A stretch of 64,000 bases of DNA from an uncultured cyanobacterium (GTDB lineage Bacteria > Cyanobacteriota > Cyanobacteriia > CAKZMO01), in the NCBI GenBank assembly GCA_963719515.1, contig CAVRCJ010000019.1, positions 32,001 through 96,000 of the forward strand, given 5' to 3'. Both the position numbers and the translations under genes were made by a program. Positions 49,881-61,335 of the stretch are shown here, piece after piece; position 1 is the first letter of the stretch, and each line of letters opens with the position of its first letter. The notes below the pieces were generated by a model. The model searched no databases, was not told the origin of the DNA, and saw only the letters and a list, made by a program, of their open reading frames with translations.

Positions 49881-50507
49881 ATGATGCAACCCCGACGGAC
49901 GGCCCGCGAGCTAGCCCTACTCAGCGTTAGCCAATCAAAATCCCTTAAGAAACTTCAGACTCAGGATTTGCAATCCCTCGTTGTCTCAGCGGTACAGGTG
50001 CTGACCACCGAAGTCCAAGAGACCCTAGAAGCCGCCACGGCGGAGCTAGAGCGAGGAAGCGATCGCCTGCTGGGCAGCGAAATCCGGACTACCGACGTCC
50101 AAAGCGCTCGGGCCATGGTCCACGATGCTATCGGGCAAGCGCAGTCTGCCATCAACCGCCTGGGAATTGCCATAGAACTCCCTGAAACGGTGCAGCTTGC
50201 CAATCAGCAGGACGTGCGGGCCTACGCCCTCGACATTTTGACTCTTCTCAAAGAGCGTCGCAGCGACCTAGACGACCGCCTCAATGAGGCCATGGTTGAC
50301 TGGCAGCTGAGCCGCCTAGCGCGCATCGACCAAGATATTCTGCGGATTGCCGCTGCCGAAATGCTGTTCCTGGAGGTCCCCCCCCGCGTGGCGATCAATG
50401 AGGCTGTGGAGCTAGCAAAGCGGTACAGTGGTGAGGATGGCTATCGGTTTATTAATGGGGTTTTGCGGCGGCTGAGCAATAGCCTAGCGCCGTCACCCTC
50501 AATTTAG
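49881..50507 (+). CDS. nusB: Transcription antitermination factor NusB
   Basis: RRTARELAL, VAINEAVELAKRY, FINGVL. Confidence 0.93.
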   Translation: MMQPRRTARELALLSVSQSKSLKKLQTQDLQSLVVSAVQVLTTEVQETLEAATAELERGSDRLLGSEIRTTDVQSARAMVHDAIGQAQSAINRLGIAIELPETVQLANQQDVRAYALDILTLLKERRSDLDDRLNEAMVDWQLSRLARIDQDILRIAAAEMLFLEVPPRVAINEAVELAKRYSGEDGYRFINGVLRRLSNSLAPSPSI

Positions 50508-50568
50508 GAAACCGGTAACTTAGGATAAAGCGCAGGTCTTGTAGAAGTGCGGGTACGGTAATTCAGCT

Positions 50569-52353
50569 ATGGCTCCTTTTAACTGGTTTAAGCGGTCCAA
50601 CGATAAACCGGCGGATCAGCCTCAGGCTGACGCCTCTAGCGCAGACTCCAGTGAACCGCAGTCGCCGAAGCCCCCAACCTCTGATGTAGCGCAACCGGCA
50701 GAAGCGGGCGGAGCGGAGGACCCTGCAGCAAGCGAGCAGCTAGACTGGGCCAAAGCCGCCTACCAGACGATTCAAAAGCGGAAGGCTGAAGAAGCGGCTA
50801 AAGCTGAAGAAGCGGCGGTCAAAGCGGCAGAGGAGCCAGCGCCCGCAGACTCCCCTACCCCAAAATTAGAGCTAGAGGCGAAACCAGAGGCAGCGGCAGA
50901 GGCGGAACCAGAACCGGAGCCGGAATCAGAAGCGGCCCCCGTTGACGAGGTAACCCCGGTCGCCGCCCTCCAGCCCGCAGCATCTTCAGCGCCAGAGCCA
51001 GAAGCGCCAGAGCCAGAAGCGCCAGAGCTAGAAGCGCCAGAGCTAGAAGCGCCAGAGCCAGCTCCCTCGCCAGTAGGCCCACCTGCAGCGACAGACGATC
51101 GACCCGCTCCGGTAGGCCAGCCTTCAGAAGCGACTCGGTCGGAAGCCGTCGAGCCTAGTTCTGAGCCCGTTGTGGAGGCGCAGCCTGCAGCAGTGCCTGC
51201 CGCTCGGCCCTTCTGGGCTCAGGCCGAGGAGGAGCGACAGCAGCGCCTAGAGCAGCTCAAAGCGACCGCCATTGAGGATATGCCAGAAGCGGCCACCGCT
51301 CCGGAGGTGGATAGGCCAGACAGCGACCGGGCAGGCTCTGGGGTAGCCTTTGACGATGACTTTGTTTGGTCGGCCAAGGTGCTTGCCGCCCAGGGCCGCC
51401 GTCCGGACGACGTTTCGGTAGAAGAGATTACCTGGCTCACGAAGCTGCGTCAGGGGTTGGGAAAAACCCGCCGTAGCCTGGTCAATCAGCTGCGGGCGGT
51501 GGTCGGTCAGGGGCCGCTCAACCAAGAAGCGGTCATGGAAATTGAGTCCCTGCTGCTGCAGGCGGACGTCGGCATTGAGGCCACCGACTACATCATCGAC
51601 GCGGTCCAAAACAAGCTGAAGCAGGAGGCGCTGCCGCCAGACGCTGCGATCGCCTATCTCAAAGAAATTTTGCGCGACATTTTGGAGAAGCCCTATAAGA
51701 GCGGCTACAACCCCACCTTCGCCCCCAAAAAGGGCGACCTCAACATTTGGCTTTTGACCGGCGTCAACGGCGCGGGTAAAACGACCACCATCGGCAAGCT
51801 GGCTCACCTCAGCCGCAAGTCAGACTACAGCTGTCTAATCGCCGCCGCCGACACCTTTAGGGCAGCGGCGGTAGAGCAGGTGAAAATTTGGGGCCAGCGC
51901 AGCGGCGTGGAGGTGATTGCCAACCCTGGCCAAAATACCGACCCTGCGGCTGTGGTGTTTGATGCGATCGCTGCCGCTCAGTCTCGCCACGCTGACGTAT
52001 TGCTAGTGGACACAGCAGGGCGACTACAAAACAAGAAAAATTTGATGGACGAGCTGAGCAAAATTCGTCGCATCATCGACAAGAAGGCCAGCAGCGCCAC
52101 CGTAGAGTCGCTGCTCGTGCTAGACGCCACCCTAGGTCAAAATGGACTACAGCAGGCTAAGGTTTTCTCGGAGGCGGCTCAGCTGAGTGGCGTTGTGCTG
52201 ACAAAGCTAGACGGTACGGCCAAGGGGGGCGTGGCTTTAGCCGTGGTGCAGCAGCTAGGGCTTCCCATTCGCTTTATCGGCGCGGGGGAGGGCATTGAAG
52301 ACCTGAGGCCGTTCTCCAGCTACGAGTTTGTAGAGGCGCTGCTGAGCGGTTAG
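50569..52353 (+). CDS. ftsY: SRP receptor FtsY
   Basis: GVNGAGKTT, DTFRAAA, DTAGR, TKLDGTAKGG; acidic N-terminus with 15-bp repeats. Confidence 0.96.
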   Translation: MAPFNWFKRSNDKPADQPQADASSADSSEPQSPKPPTSDVAQPAEAGGAEDPAASEQLDWAKAAYQTIQKRKAEEAAKAEEAAVKAAEEPAPADSPTPKLELEAKPEAAAEAEPEPEPESEAAPVDEVTPVAALQPAASSAPEPEAPEPEAPELEAPELEAPEPAPSPVGPPAATDDRPAPVGQPSEATRSEAVEPSSEPVVEAQPAAVPAARPFWAQAEEERQQRLEQLKATAIEDMPEAATAPEVDRPDSDRAGSGVAFDDDFVWSAKVLAAQGRRPDDVSVEEITWLTKLRQGLGKTRRSLVNQLRAVVGQGPLNQEAVMEIESLLLQADVGIEATDYIIDAVQNKLKQEALPPDAAIAYLKEILRDILEKPYKSGYNPTFAPKKGDLNIWLLTGVNGAGKTTTIGKLAHLSRKSDYSCLIAAADTFRAAAVEQVKIWGQRSGVEVIANPGQNTDPAAVVFDAIAAAQSRHADVLLVDTAGRLQNKKNLMDELSKIRRIIDKKASSATVESLLVLDATLGQNGLQQAKVFSEAAQLSGVVLTKLDGTAKGGVALAVVQQLGLPIRFIGAGEGIEDLRPFSSYEFVEALLSG

Positions 52354-52674
52354 AGGCGGGGGCACCGCTTTAGGCGAGCTGCCGCGATCGCGCTTGCCTG
52401 CTGACCCAGCTATTATGCCTGGGCAGAACCTGCTTTGGTAATGGGCACCGTCAGCGCCCAAACGACTAGCGGGCAAAGAATAATGTTTGCAGCGCTAATG
52501 GTGCCGATGATCAGCAGACCATCTATAAGTTCTGACGTGAAAAGAGTAGACATGATGTACAGCCTTGCATCATAGAGGTCTACCTCTCTCTTCGCGGCGA
52601 TCGCCCACCGATCCTGACTCCTGCAACATCACGTGACGTGATGACGGCAGGATGAAGCGGGCGGGCCGGTAGTC

Positions 52675-54018
52675 TTATTCGCCTGCCCCGTCGACTGGGG
52701 GAGGATCTGCTGGAGGAGCAGGCTCGGGAGCGGGTTCCACTGGCGGCGCGGGCGCTTCTGCGGCTGGGTCCGGGGCGGGCTGAGGCGCAGGCTCTGGGGC
52801 CGGTTCTGGCGCAGGCGCGGGCTGAGCCGGAGTCACTGTCTCGGGTGACTCCACGGCTTCTGGCGCGGGTTCGGGTTCGGGTTCGGGTTCAGGAGCCTCT
52901 TCCGCTGGTTCTACCAACTCCTCTGGTTGAGGCGGCACTTCGTCAATTGCTGGTCTTGTGGTTGTCAGGTAAGACCATACGGCATAGCCAATCAGTCCGC
53001 CCACAATAGCCGCCACGAGCAGCAGTATCAGGGCAAACAAAAATCGGCTCGGAGAGCGCTCAGAAGACTTGTCATTGCCGTCGCTTGCCCTCTCGTCAGC
53101 CGTGACGTCCGCAGCATCACGATCTGGCTGGCTAGCGAGCGGCTGCGCGGGCTCACTCCGGTCAAGTGCCTCAACATTCGGAACAAATCGCGGCGGGTTG
53201 GCCTGCTTTGCGGCTTGGACCTGCTCTTCCATCATCTCATCTGAGACCGACGGCAGCGAGTCAACCAAAACTTCGGGCGAAGACAGGACGGCGTTCGGCT
53301 CTATTGCCCGAGCCCCAGGCGGCACCGGCATTTCCGGCTCTTCTAGATCGCCAGAGGACTCATCATCAAAGCTTCCGAACCGCTCAGAGGCCTCTGCGAA
53401 GTCGGTAGAAGTCGGCGGTGGGCCTGAATCTATATCTGGGGTGTCTACGGTAGTCTGGCGGCCTACCTCAGCTGTAAGCTCGTTAAAGTCGGCATCGTCT
53501 CCCACAGAGCCTGGCGTCTGAATGACGTCGAACTCGTCTTCTTCAAACTGGGTCTCCGCCGATAGCGGCGGGACAACGACGGGAGCAGGTTCTGACGGCG
53601 GTGGCGTGGGGGTGGGCGGCGGCGGTGGCGCTTGGGTGGTAGGGGGTGATGGGGGCTGGGGGACGGTAGGACGGGCTGCCGCAGGCGGTGATGGGGGACG
53701 CGGTGCGGTCTCTATCTCTGGAGATTCTGCGCCATTGACGGCGATCGCCTCTTCCCAAACGAGGCTTCCGTTTTGCCGACCGCGTACGGTGACCGCCCGA
53801 ATTGAGGTGAGGTTGAGATTTTTAAGGCCATTGCTGACAAATGTCTTCAGGAGAGAGGCGCTTGTGGCATTGTCTGAATCCATCATCACGTTGAGGCGAT
53901 CGCCCTCCCGCTCAACCGATGCGGTGATGCCCTTCGACTGCAGCGAATGATTCATCAGCGCCGCGATCGCTTGGGGATCTGCGTTACGCGCTCGCTCGAT
54001 CAAAGTGGAGTTTGCCAT
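52675..54018 (-). CDS. Pro/Glu-rich single-TM hypothetical protein
   Basis: Conserved-looking N-terminus (AIAALMNHSLQSKGI), low-complexity linker, one TM. Confidence 0.7.
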   Translation of the reverse strand: MANSTLIERARNADPQAIAALMNHSLQSKGITASVEREGDRLNVMMDSDNATSASLLKTFVSNGLKNLNLTSIRAVTVRGRQNGSLVWEEAIAVNGAESPEIETAPRPPSPPAAARPTVPQPPSPPTTQAPPPPPTPTPPPSEPAPVVVPPLSAETQFEEDEFDVIQTPGSVGDDADFNELTAEVGRQTTVDTPDIDSGPPPTSTDFAEASERFGSFDDESSGDLEEPEMPVPPGARAIEPNAVLSSPEVLVDSLPSVSDEMMEEQVQAAKQANPPRFVPNVEALDRSEPAQPLASQPDRDAADVTADERASDGNDKSSERSPSRFLFALILLLVAAIVGGLIGYAVWSYLTTTRPAIDEVPPQPEELVEPAEEAPEPEPEPEPAPEAVESPETVTPAQPAPAPEPAPEPAPQPAPDPAAEAPAPPVEPAPEPAPPADPPPVDGAGE

Positions 54019-54521
54019 GCTAAAAACACCAAGCTACTGGAGACGTTTTACAAGACCGCTTAGCCGCTGCCCAATACCGTTGTGGTCGGCAGCAACTTAA
54101 GTATTATCACCGTAGGGTTAACAATACGCCAATCTTACTTGAAGAATCGCGATATTTTTGGTCCGGCGGTTCAGCTTCAACACTCCGGACAGTTTTTGAT
54201 GGCTAACGGTGGAATGCGGGTTTCAGGCCTCTTCCACGGCAGCTTGGCCAACGAGAAATCGAGGGTTTCAGCGCTTGTCCAGAAAAGTGTCCGGACTATT
54301 GTCAGCTTAGAACATTGAGTTATCGCTGCCTCTGTTTTGACCCTGTGGCCATGGGGAGAGGGGCCACAGACCTTTTCCAGACAGGGAGGCGACCTTTCGC
54401 GCAGGCTCGATTTATTTGCGGCAGTCGCTTGACCTGATTTCGCCCTGTGGCTGCGTCATCTTTTGCTCTACAATCGTTTGCAGCGACCGGATTTCTGCGG
54501 ACCTCGACGAGTGTTTAGCCC

Positions 54522-56112
54522 ATGAGTATTGGATACGTTGCCTTAGTTCTACATGCCCACCTACCATTTGTGCGCCACCCAGAGAGCGACTTTGTTTTGG
54601 AGGAGGAGTGGCTGTTTGAGGCGATTACCGAGACCTACGTCCCCCTACTGCTGGCATTCGAGGGGCTAAAGCGGGACGGCGTCGACTTTAAGATGACGAT
54701 GAGCATGACGCCGCCTTTGTTGTCGATGCTGCAAGACCCGCTGCTGCAGGATCGCTACGACGAGCACCTGGCAAAGCTAGAGGAGCTGGCGGAGCTGGAA
54801 ATCGACCGCAACTCCCAAAACGGCCACGTCCGCTATTTGGCGGAGCACTACGCCACCGAGTTTAACCAGGTACGCAACACCTGGGAGCATTACGATCGCA
54901 ACTTAGTTAAGGCATTCAAACAGTTTCAGGACAGCAACAACCTCGACATCATCACCTGCGGCGCTACCCACGGCTACTTCCCGCTAATGAAGATGTACCC
55001 CGAGGCGGTGTGGGCGCAGATCAAAGTCGCCTGCGAACATTACGAGGAGGCCTTTGGGCAGTCACCCCGAGGTATCTGGCTGCCAGAGTGCGCCTACTAC
55101 GAAGGGGTGGAGCGCATGGTGGCCGACGCAGGGCTGCGCTACTTCCTCACCGATGGTCACGGCATTCTTTACGCTCGTCCGCGTCCTCGCTTTGGCACCT
55201 ATGCGCCAATCTTCACTGAATCTGGGGTAGCTGCTTTTGGGCGTGACCACGAATCCTCTCAGCAGGTGTGGTCGTCGGAGGTCGGCTATCCGGGGGCGGC
55301 GGAGTACCGAGAGTTTTACCGCGATTTGGGATGGGACGCAGATTACGAATACATCAAGCCCTACGTGATGCCCAATGGTCAGCGCAAGAATGTAGGCATC
55401 AAGTATCACAAGATTACGGGTAAGGGGCTGGGGCTAAGCGACAAAGATTGGTACGACCCTTATTGGGCGCGGGAGAAGGCCGCAGAGCACGCCGGCAACT
55501 TCATGTACAACCGGAAGAGGCAGGTGGGGCATCTGCAAAACGTTATGCAGCGTCCGCCTATTGTGGTGTCCCCCTATGACGCGGAGCTGTTTGGTCACTG
55601 GTGGTACGAAGGCCCTTGGTTCTTGGATTACTTCTTCCGCAAGTCCTGGTTCGACCAAGACACCTTCGCCATGACGCACCTGTCAGACTACCTGCAGAGC
55701 AATCCGACCCAGCAGGTGGCCTGTCCTTCTCAGTCGAGCTGGGGCTACAAGGGCTTTCACGAATATTGGCTCAACGAAACGAACGCCTGGATTTACCCTC
55801 ATCTGCACAAGGGCGCTGAGCGAATGATCGAGCTGGCGAAAGCGAGAACCCGCCGATGAGCTGGAGTGGCGAGCATTAAACCAAGCGGCTCGGGAGCTAC
55901 TACTGGCCCAATCGTCTGACTGGGCCTTCATCATGCGTACGGGAACGATGGTGCCCTACGCAATTCGCCGGACGCGATCGCACCTAATGCGCTTCAACAA
56001 GATCCGAGACGACCTGATGGAAGGCAAGGTGGATTCGGGCTGGCTGCAAAAGGTTGAAGTGATCGACAACATTTTTCCGAATATTAACTACCGGGCATAT
56101 CGACCGCTATAG
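54522..56112 (+). CDS. GH57 family (DUF1957) branching-enzyme-like protein, one frameshift near 55840
   Basis: HAHLPFV, WLPECAY, DAELFGHWW; continues as ELEWRALNQAARELLLAQSSDWAF in the shifted frame. Confidence 0.9.
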
Positions 56113-56159
56113 ACAGGGCATGCCCACATCACAATCGGCTGAGAACATCAGATGTCTGG

Positions 56160-56314
56160 GCTCCGAAAAGTATGCCGACTATCAGCAGATGACCCGGACT
56201 CAAACAGTAGACAATTTGCTGCAGGGGCAAGTGCTGCGGGAGCTATCGGTGGCGCTGCTGAAGGCGTACCTAGACCGCTCCCGCAGCGTCAGGCTGCTGG
56301 GGTTGACGGTCTAA
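56160..56314 (+). pseudogene. dinB: Remnant of DNA polymerase IV little-finger domain
   Basis: KYADYQQMTRTQT..VRLLGLTV. Confidence 0.6.
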
Positions 56315-56435
56315 ACCGGGCTGGGGGAGAGGCCGCTTAAGGCTACCGTCAGCTCTGTCTGAAGCCGTCCTGATCAAGGGTGGCGATCGCCTTTTTCGGG
56401 GTTACCCAGCGGCAGCTGAACCAACGCAATAAGGT

Positions 56436-57140
56436 TTAAAACTGGCTGGTGCGCAATAGCTCAGCGTGGGCCGTCGCGACCTCTTTCATCATCTGGTACT
56501 CTTCCTTGATCTGCTTGTGCTTGTAGTCAATGATAATTCCGTTGTCCGTCACCAAAGTGGGGTCATACGAAGCGACCTGCCTACCGATTAAAATTTCTCG
56601 AATCGAGCGGACGTACTCGAGCTGCAGCTCTTCGGCCTTATTCGCTAAGCTTTCAACCTGGAATAATGCTTTTTCGTAAACGCTTTTGTGCCCAGCGTAA
56701 ACTTCTGACGTTTCGACTAAGTTAAGCAGCTTTTGAAGCTCGTGCCACTGCTGTCTTAGCGCTAGAATCTCTGGCTCAATCAATTGGACATGGTCACGCA
56801 CTAAGGCAGTCAGCTCCTGGGCGACTGCTACGTCTATTTTCTCTTGATGACTGGCATCCCTGAGGTCTGGAATCTGAACAGCGCGAATGTCGTGCCAGGA
56901 GTACAAATACTCAACTTTGCTGTAGCGCGTTAGCCTTGGAAAGATGACCTGAACCCTGTAGTCTCTATCGGCGCTGAAGAAGAAGCCGATGGTGCCTAGG
57001 GGCAGGCCGGGATAGCGCTCTTCAGCTCCGTTTACCTTGATCACAGGGCTGCGTTTGATGCGCTTTATTTTTTGATAGGGATAAAGAACGAAATAATAGA
57101 TCCCGCCCAAAGCGATGAGGACGAAGAGGGTTGCAATCAT
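56436..57140 (-). CDS. Membrane-anchored coiled-coil hypothetical protein
   Basis: 234-aa ORF with N-terminal TM, lower GC. Confidence 0.65.
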   Translation of the reverse strand: MIATLFVLIALGGIYYFVLYPYQKIKRIKRSPVIKVNGAEERYPGLPLGTIGFFFSADRDYRVQVIFPRLTRYSKVEYLYSWHDIRAVQIPDLRDASHQEKIDVAVAQELTALVRDHVQLIEPEILALRQQWHELQKLLNLVETSEVYAGHKSVYEKALFQVESLANKAEELQLEYVRSIREILIGRQVASYDPTLVTDNGIIIDYKHKQIKEEYQMMKEVATAHAELLRTSQF

Positions 57141-57324
57141 TGATTCAGTGGCAATCTGAGTTTGGAACTGCAGAGGCTTGAGTTAGGTGACCCTGAGGAG
57201 GTGATTGCAAAGATTGTCAAAGCGGTCGCTACGCCCCAGATCTTATCCTCTATTTCTAGGAAAAGCCAACCGCAGTGCGCAGGTCGACTAGTTGCGCGGC
57301 GATGGCTGCCGCCGTAATTTTACG

Positions 57325-58443
57325 CTATCGTTGCCAAATGTTGTAAGGACGAGACTGGCTCAGTCTGCCCGTATGGTCTCTCTTCTGCGCGAACGCGGTT
57401 TCTATTTCATAGGGGCGAACAAGATCGAAGCAGCCTTCTGTCTGGTTCCAGATAAACATCTCAGTATCATTAGTCGCCCGCCAGTGCTTATCCTCAGGAG
57501 GATGGCCAAACCGGAAGTGAAGAGTAACCAAATGCGTTACCGGACAGATTTGCGATCTGATGGCCGTGACGACTGTGATCAAGACAATATCCCCTGCGAA
57601 AACGTCTGAGACAGGCCCATCGTGCGCGATAACTTCTCAAGTCTTCGAAGGGAATTAGTCCTCGCATTTATCGGGAGACACTTGCCAGTGTGTCATTTCG
57701 CCCTCAATGATCTTGATCGCGTCTAGAGCGTGACCATGATGGTGCATCCAAACCTCTTGTCCCGACTTCCAGCTGATTACATATACTGTCAAAGACCAGG
57801 TTTGGAAAATGAGCTGTCGCCTGTAACTGTTGTCGTCAAACTCAACGTAGCGCCTAATAAAGTCTTGAGTCAGCTCTGTATCCTTAACCAAGCTGTAAAG
57901 GAAATTTATATCTACTTTTTGTGGATGAACTGCCTCTACGTTCCTGATCAAGCAACTCAACATAAAATTGTTGATAATCCCCTCGCAATCAATAATTTTG
58001 TCGCCTCTCGCTCGGCATTTTTCTACGATGCGATCAACCTGACGAATCCAATAGGAGGTTTGGGGAGACGAGTAGCCCATCAGCTTTTTGCTGAGCAGTG
58101 CGTTGTACAGCCGACGAGTTGAGCAGTATTGCCTAATCTCCCTGATGTCGTTGGAGTTTAAGCTTGTTCCGCTGCATCTAGAATCATAGTCAAATTCACT
58201 AGGATAATCAGACTCGCTACCGGTTTTTTTTAGTAGGTAAGCTAACAGCTCCTCGAAAGCGAGAATTATCGACGCTTTTACGAGTGAGACAAAGTACAAG
58301 AGAGCCTTGATCAATCTTACTAGTTTCGAAGCACCTCTCCGCCGCAGCTCGTAATCGCTTTCCCAAAGGTCGCCTAGAGACTCATCTCTAATAGAATCGA
58401 AAATTAGATATTTTGCCGCGTTCTCTATCAGTTCTGCAAACAT
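57325..58443 (-). pseudogene. Cysteine-dioxygenase-like cupin, disrupted
   Basis: YRRQLI..WKSGQ..MHHHG..IIEGEM, then H-Q-I-A-N and VTLH in other frames with stops. Confidence 0.6.
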
Positions 58444-58759
58444 AACACCTTCACCTATGACGCAATATAGAGGAATTAAAGACAGAGCGCTACACAATAC
58501 GAAAATTCAGACCACAGCGAAGCTCTTATATGCCTATCTCTTTGAACTAGCCTTTCTTAGTTAAAAAGAAGGTTGCGGAATTTTGCTTTGGCTTTTTATC
58601 TGGATTCTGATTTTTTCGATCTCGATGAGGGTTTCTTCCCCTCTGATCGTGACCGCAGGAACAGCGATTGCGCCCATTTCTGATCGCCAAATTCTCGCAG
58701 ACTTTTCTGTTCTGAATGAGCCCTTTGTCCTTCAGTCGCGGGAGTTAGCAGGACACCGA

Positions 58760-59200
58760 CGCCCACCAATAAATTTTTGAGCTGCCAGATGGTGCCAATG
58801 CCCAGCACGTGGCCCATCTCGTGAACAATGACGTTCAATAAGCCGCCCTCAGCCTCCAAGCGAGCCAAATCGCCAATGTCAAACTCCATGACGCCGATTA
58901 TCGGCAGCAGCGAGCCGCTGCGCAACCTTGTCGGCCCGGCCCGACCCAGCACACCGTTTTGGCCATCAATGGGAAGTCCTCGGCTTCGCATCAGAATGTC
59001 ATCTACCGTATCCCCATCGACAACTGCAGTGGGTAAGTCGCCGGAAGAAGCACACCTTCTGACCATCGAGCAGATATTCGCGCATTGTAGAACCGCAAAC
59101 GCAACGGCCCGACGTTGAGGAGCGCGCGGATGAATGCCGATGACTGAGCGGAGGTGAGGCGGCGCTGATTGGCCAGAGGCACCAAGCTCAAGGCGTGCCG
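58760..59200 (-). pseudogene. Zinc metalloprotease (leishmanolysin-like) fragment
   Basis: GVLGRAGP..GVMEFD..HEMGHVLGIGT. Confidence 0.65.
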
Positions 59201-59214
59201 AACGACGAAGAGAT

Positions 59215-60020
59215 CCGGCAAAGGTCTACGGAGATGGGCTTGGTCTTAAGCGGGTGCAGACGTCCAATTCCACAGAAGGTTATTGCCGAGACCGAGAATA
59301 TTTTCAAACAGGTCGATCAGGTGAATCACGCAGCAGATAAGGACCGAACGAGTCTGCGCAAATCGATCGATGCCAAAACTGCGGTGAAGGCAGGCGAGTA
59401 CGACCGGCGGGAAAAACACGGGTGGTGACCCATGCCAAAGACCATGACTGTCAGCCTGATGCTCAGCTAACGCCCGTTGGTATTCTATTGCCCGACGAGC
59501 AAGAGCTATCGTGTACTTCGTCGCCTCTCGGGTGACAGCAGATTGCATCGTTGACCTGCTAGAGCAGTGGTGGCACGGAGTGAAAGGCCGTTTCGCTCAC
59601 ATCGAGCGGTTAGTGATTAATGCCGACAACGGGCCGGAGAATCATTCTCGGCGCACCCAGTTCATGCATCGGCTGGTGAAGTTTGCAGTGCGAACAAATC
59701 AATGAGGTGACGTACTATCCGCCGTGACACGCTGAAGTAACCCGTAGGCTGACTTTGTTGGTAGAGCAGCGCTGAGCGAGGAGCTGATGTTTGTAGGGGG
59801 CAAACGGTGCGAAAGTTTGCTCCGACTGTTTCGTTTCAAGGGTAAACACTTGCTGGTCAGCCTAGGACTTAATGCACCTAGCGAGTCAGGCATAAGTTGG
59901 CTAGGCAGCGAGTAAACGGAGTTGAAAAGGGTATCACGCCCTCACCGGGTTGGAAAAGTGACTCGTTGAGATTCGCGTCTATGCTGATTTAATGGACTCC
60001 TATCTTATGAGGAGGACCTA
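59215..60020 (+). mobile_element. Degraded ISAzo13-family transposase
   Basis: SIDAKTAVK and LVINADNGPENHSRRTQF across broken frames. Confidence 0.75.
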
Positions 60021-60153
60021 ATGGTCTGTATATCCGGTTTTCGATATCGATGGCCGCTATCGGTGGCTGTATTTTCAGCTCTGCTCACGGCCGATACTCT
60101 GAGCTGTATGAGCAATAGCTCGCCCCCATAGGACTCATAATGGAGAATGACTC

Positions 60154-60461
60154 ATGTTGACTGAACATACCCCCCTGTTTCGCTATACCTGTCGATTTAT
60201 TAAGTACTTCTTTTTGTTTGGCATGGCCTGGCTACAGCTGGTCTAATCGCCAGCGTCTTCGGCGCGTCAAGCGAGGTACTGTACTTGCTCGGTGTCATCA
60301 AGCTGCTGCTACTGCGCGTTGCGATTGGCACGGCGATCGCCCTCGGCTGTGCCATCATCTTCGAATCGACCCGTAGTGCTCAAGGCGGGCCGCTGTTGGC
60401 AGTGGCGATCGCCCACAACCCGGCCACGAAGACTCTTATTGCCGCCGCCTGCACAGGTTGA
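60154..60461 (+). pseudogene. Possible frameshifted small membrane protein
   Basis: MLTEHTPLFRY..FFLFG followed by a hydrophobic continuation in another frame. Confidence 0.3.
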
Positions 60462-60582
60462 CGGCGAGACGCTGGGCAGCCGCAGCACAGCATCCGTTAC
60501 AGGCTGCTCGCGGTTCTCGTTCAAGTCGTCAGCGGTTTTAGACTAAACTAATGACATCGCAATTTTCCAAGAGACGTCATCC

Positions 60583-60807
60583 ATGGACTTTGTACAGAAC
60601 AACCTCCTCGTCTTACTGATGTACGCTGGCCTCGGCGGTGCCTACCTGTTAGTGCTGCCCCTCGCCACGATGTTCTACCTCAAGGCCCGCTGGTACGACG
60701 CGAGCTCGCCCGAGCGCGTGCTCATGTACTTCTGCGTCTTTTTCTTCTTTCCCGGCCTGCTGGTCTTAAGCCCGTTTATCAACTTCCGTCCTCAAAAGCA
60801 AACCTAA
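60583..60807 (+). CDS. ndhL: NDH-1 subunit L
   Basis: [36 protein letters not shown]. Confidence 0.9.
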   Translation: MDFVQNNLLVLLMYAGLGGAYLLVLPLATMFYLKARWYDASSPERVLMYFCVFFFFPGLLVLSPFINFRPQKQT

Positions 60808-60816
60808 CTAAACCCC

Positions 60817-61179
60817 ATGCGACGGATAGACGTAATTGGAATTGGCGTAGGCGTCTTCCTCACCGGGGGCGCTATCTACATTTTGCTGCGGCTGGGCGGC
60901 ATCGATAGTGCCCAAGCCGGGATTTGGAGCCAGGTCATTTTCCTGGGCGGTCTTTTGGGATGGATTGTCACCTACGTCACTCGGGCTACCGGAGGCAACA
61001 TGACTATCCATCAGCAGATGAGGGATTACGAAGATGCCGTCTTGCAAAAACGGCTGGAGGAGCTGACCCCGGAAGAGTTTGCCAAGCTGCAGGCTGAGCT
61101 AGAGGCAGAAGTGGCCTCTGAAATGGCTTCCGAGACTGATTCGGAGGCTGACTCGGAGACGGTGTCTGAGGTGGAGTAG
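60817..61179 (+). CDS. DUF3007 protein
   Basis: MRRIDVIGI..AGIWSQ..YEDAVLQKRLEEL, adjacent to ndhL. Confidence 0.85.
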   Translation: MRRIDVIGIGVGVFLTGGAIYILLRLGGIDSAQAGIWSQVIFLGGLLGWIVTYVTRATGGNMTIHQQMRDYEDAVLQKRLEELTPEEFAKLQAELEAEVASEMASETDSEADSETVSEVE

Positions 61180-61335
61180 CGCTAGTAGCGGCACGGCTGA
61201 CAGTGGCGGAAAAACTGGTGGAAGTCTTAGCCCCATTAAGGAGAGCTTGTTCCTGAAGAACTCCCCGGAATGGTAGAGCGTTTATCGCTATAATGACTTG
61301 TCGATATTTCACCGGCAGGCGACTTAGGAGCGATA

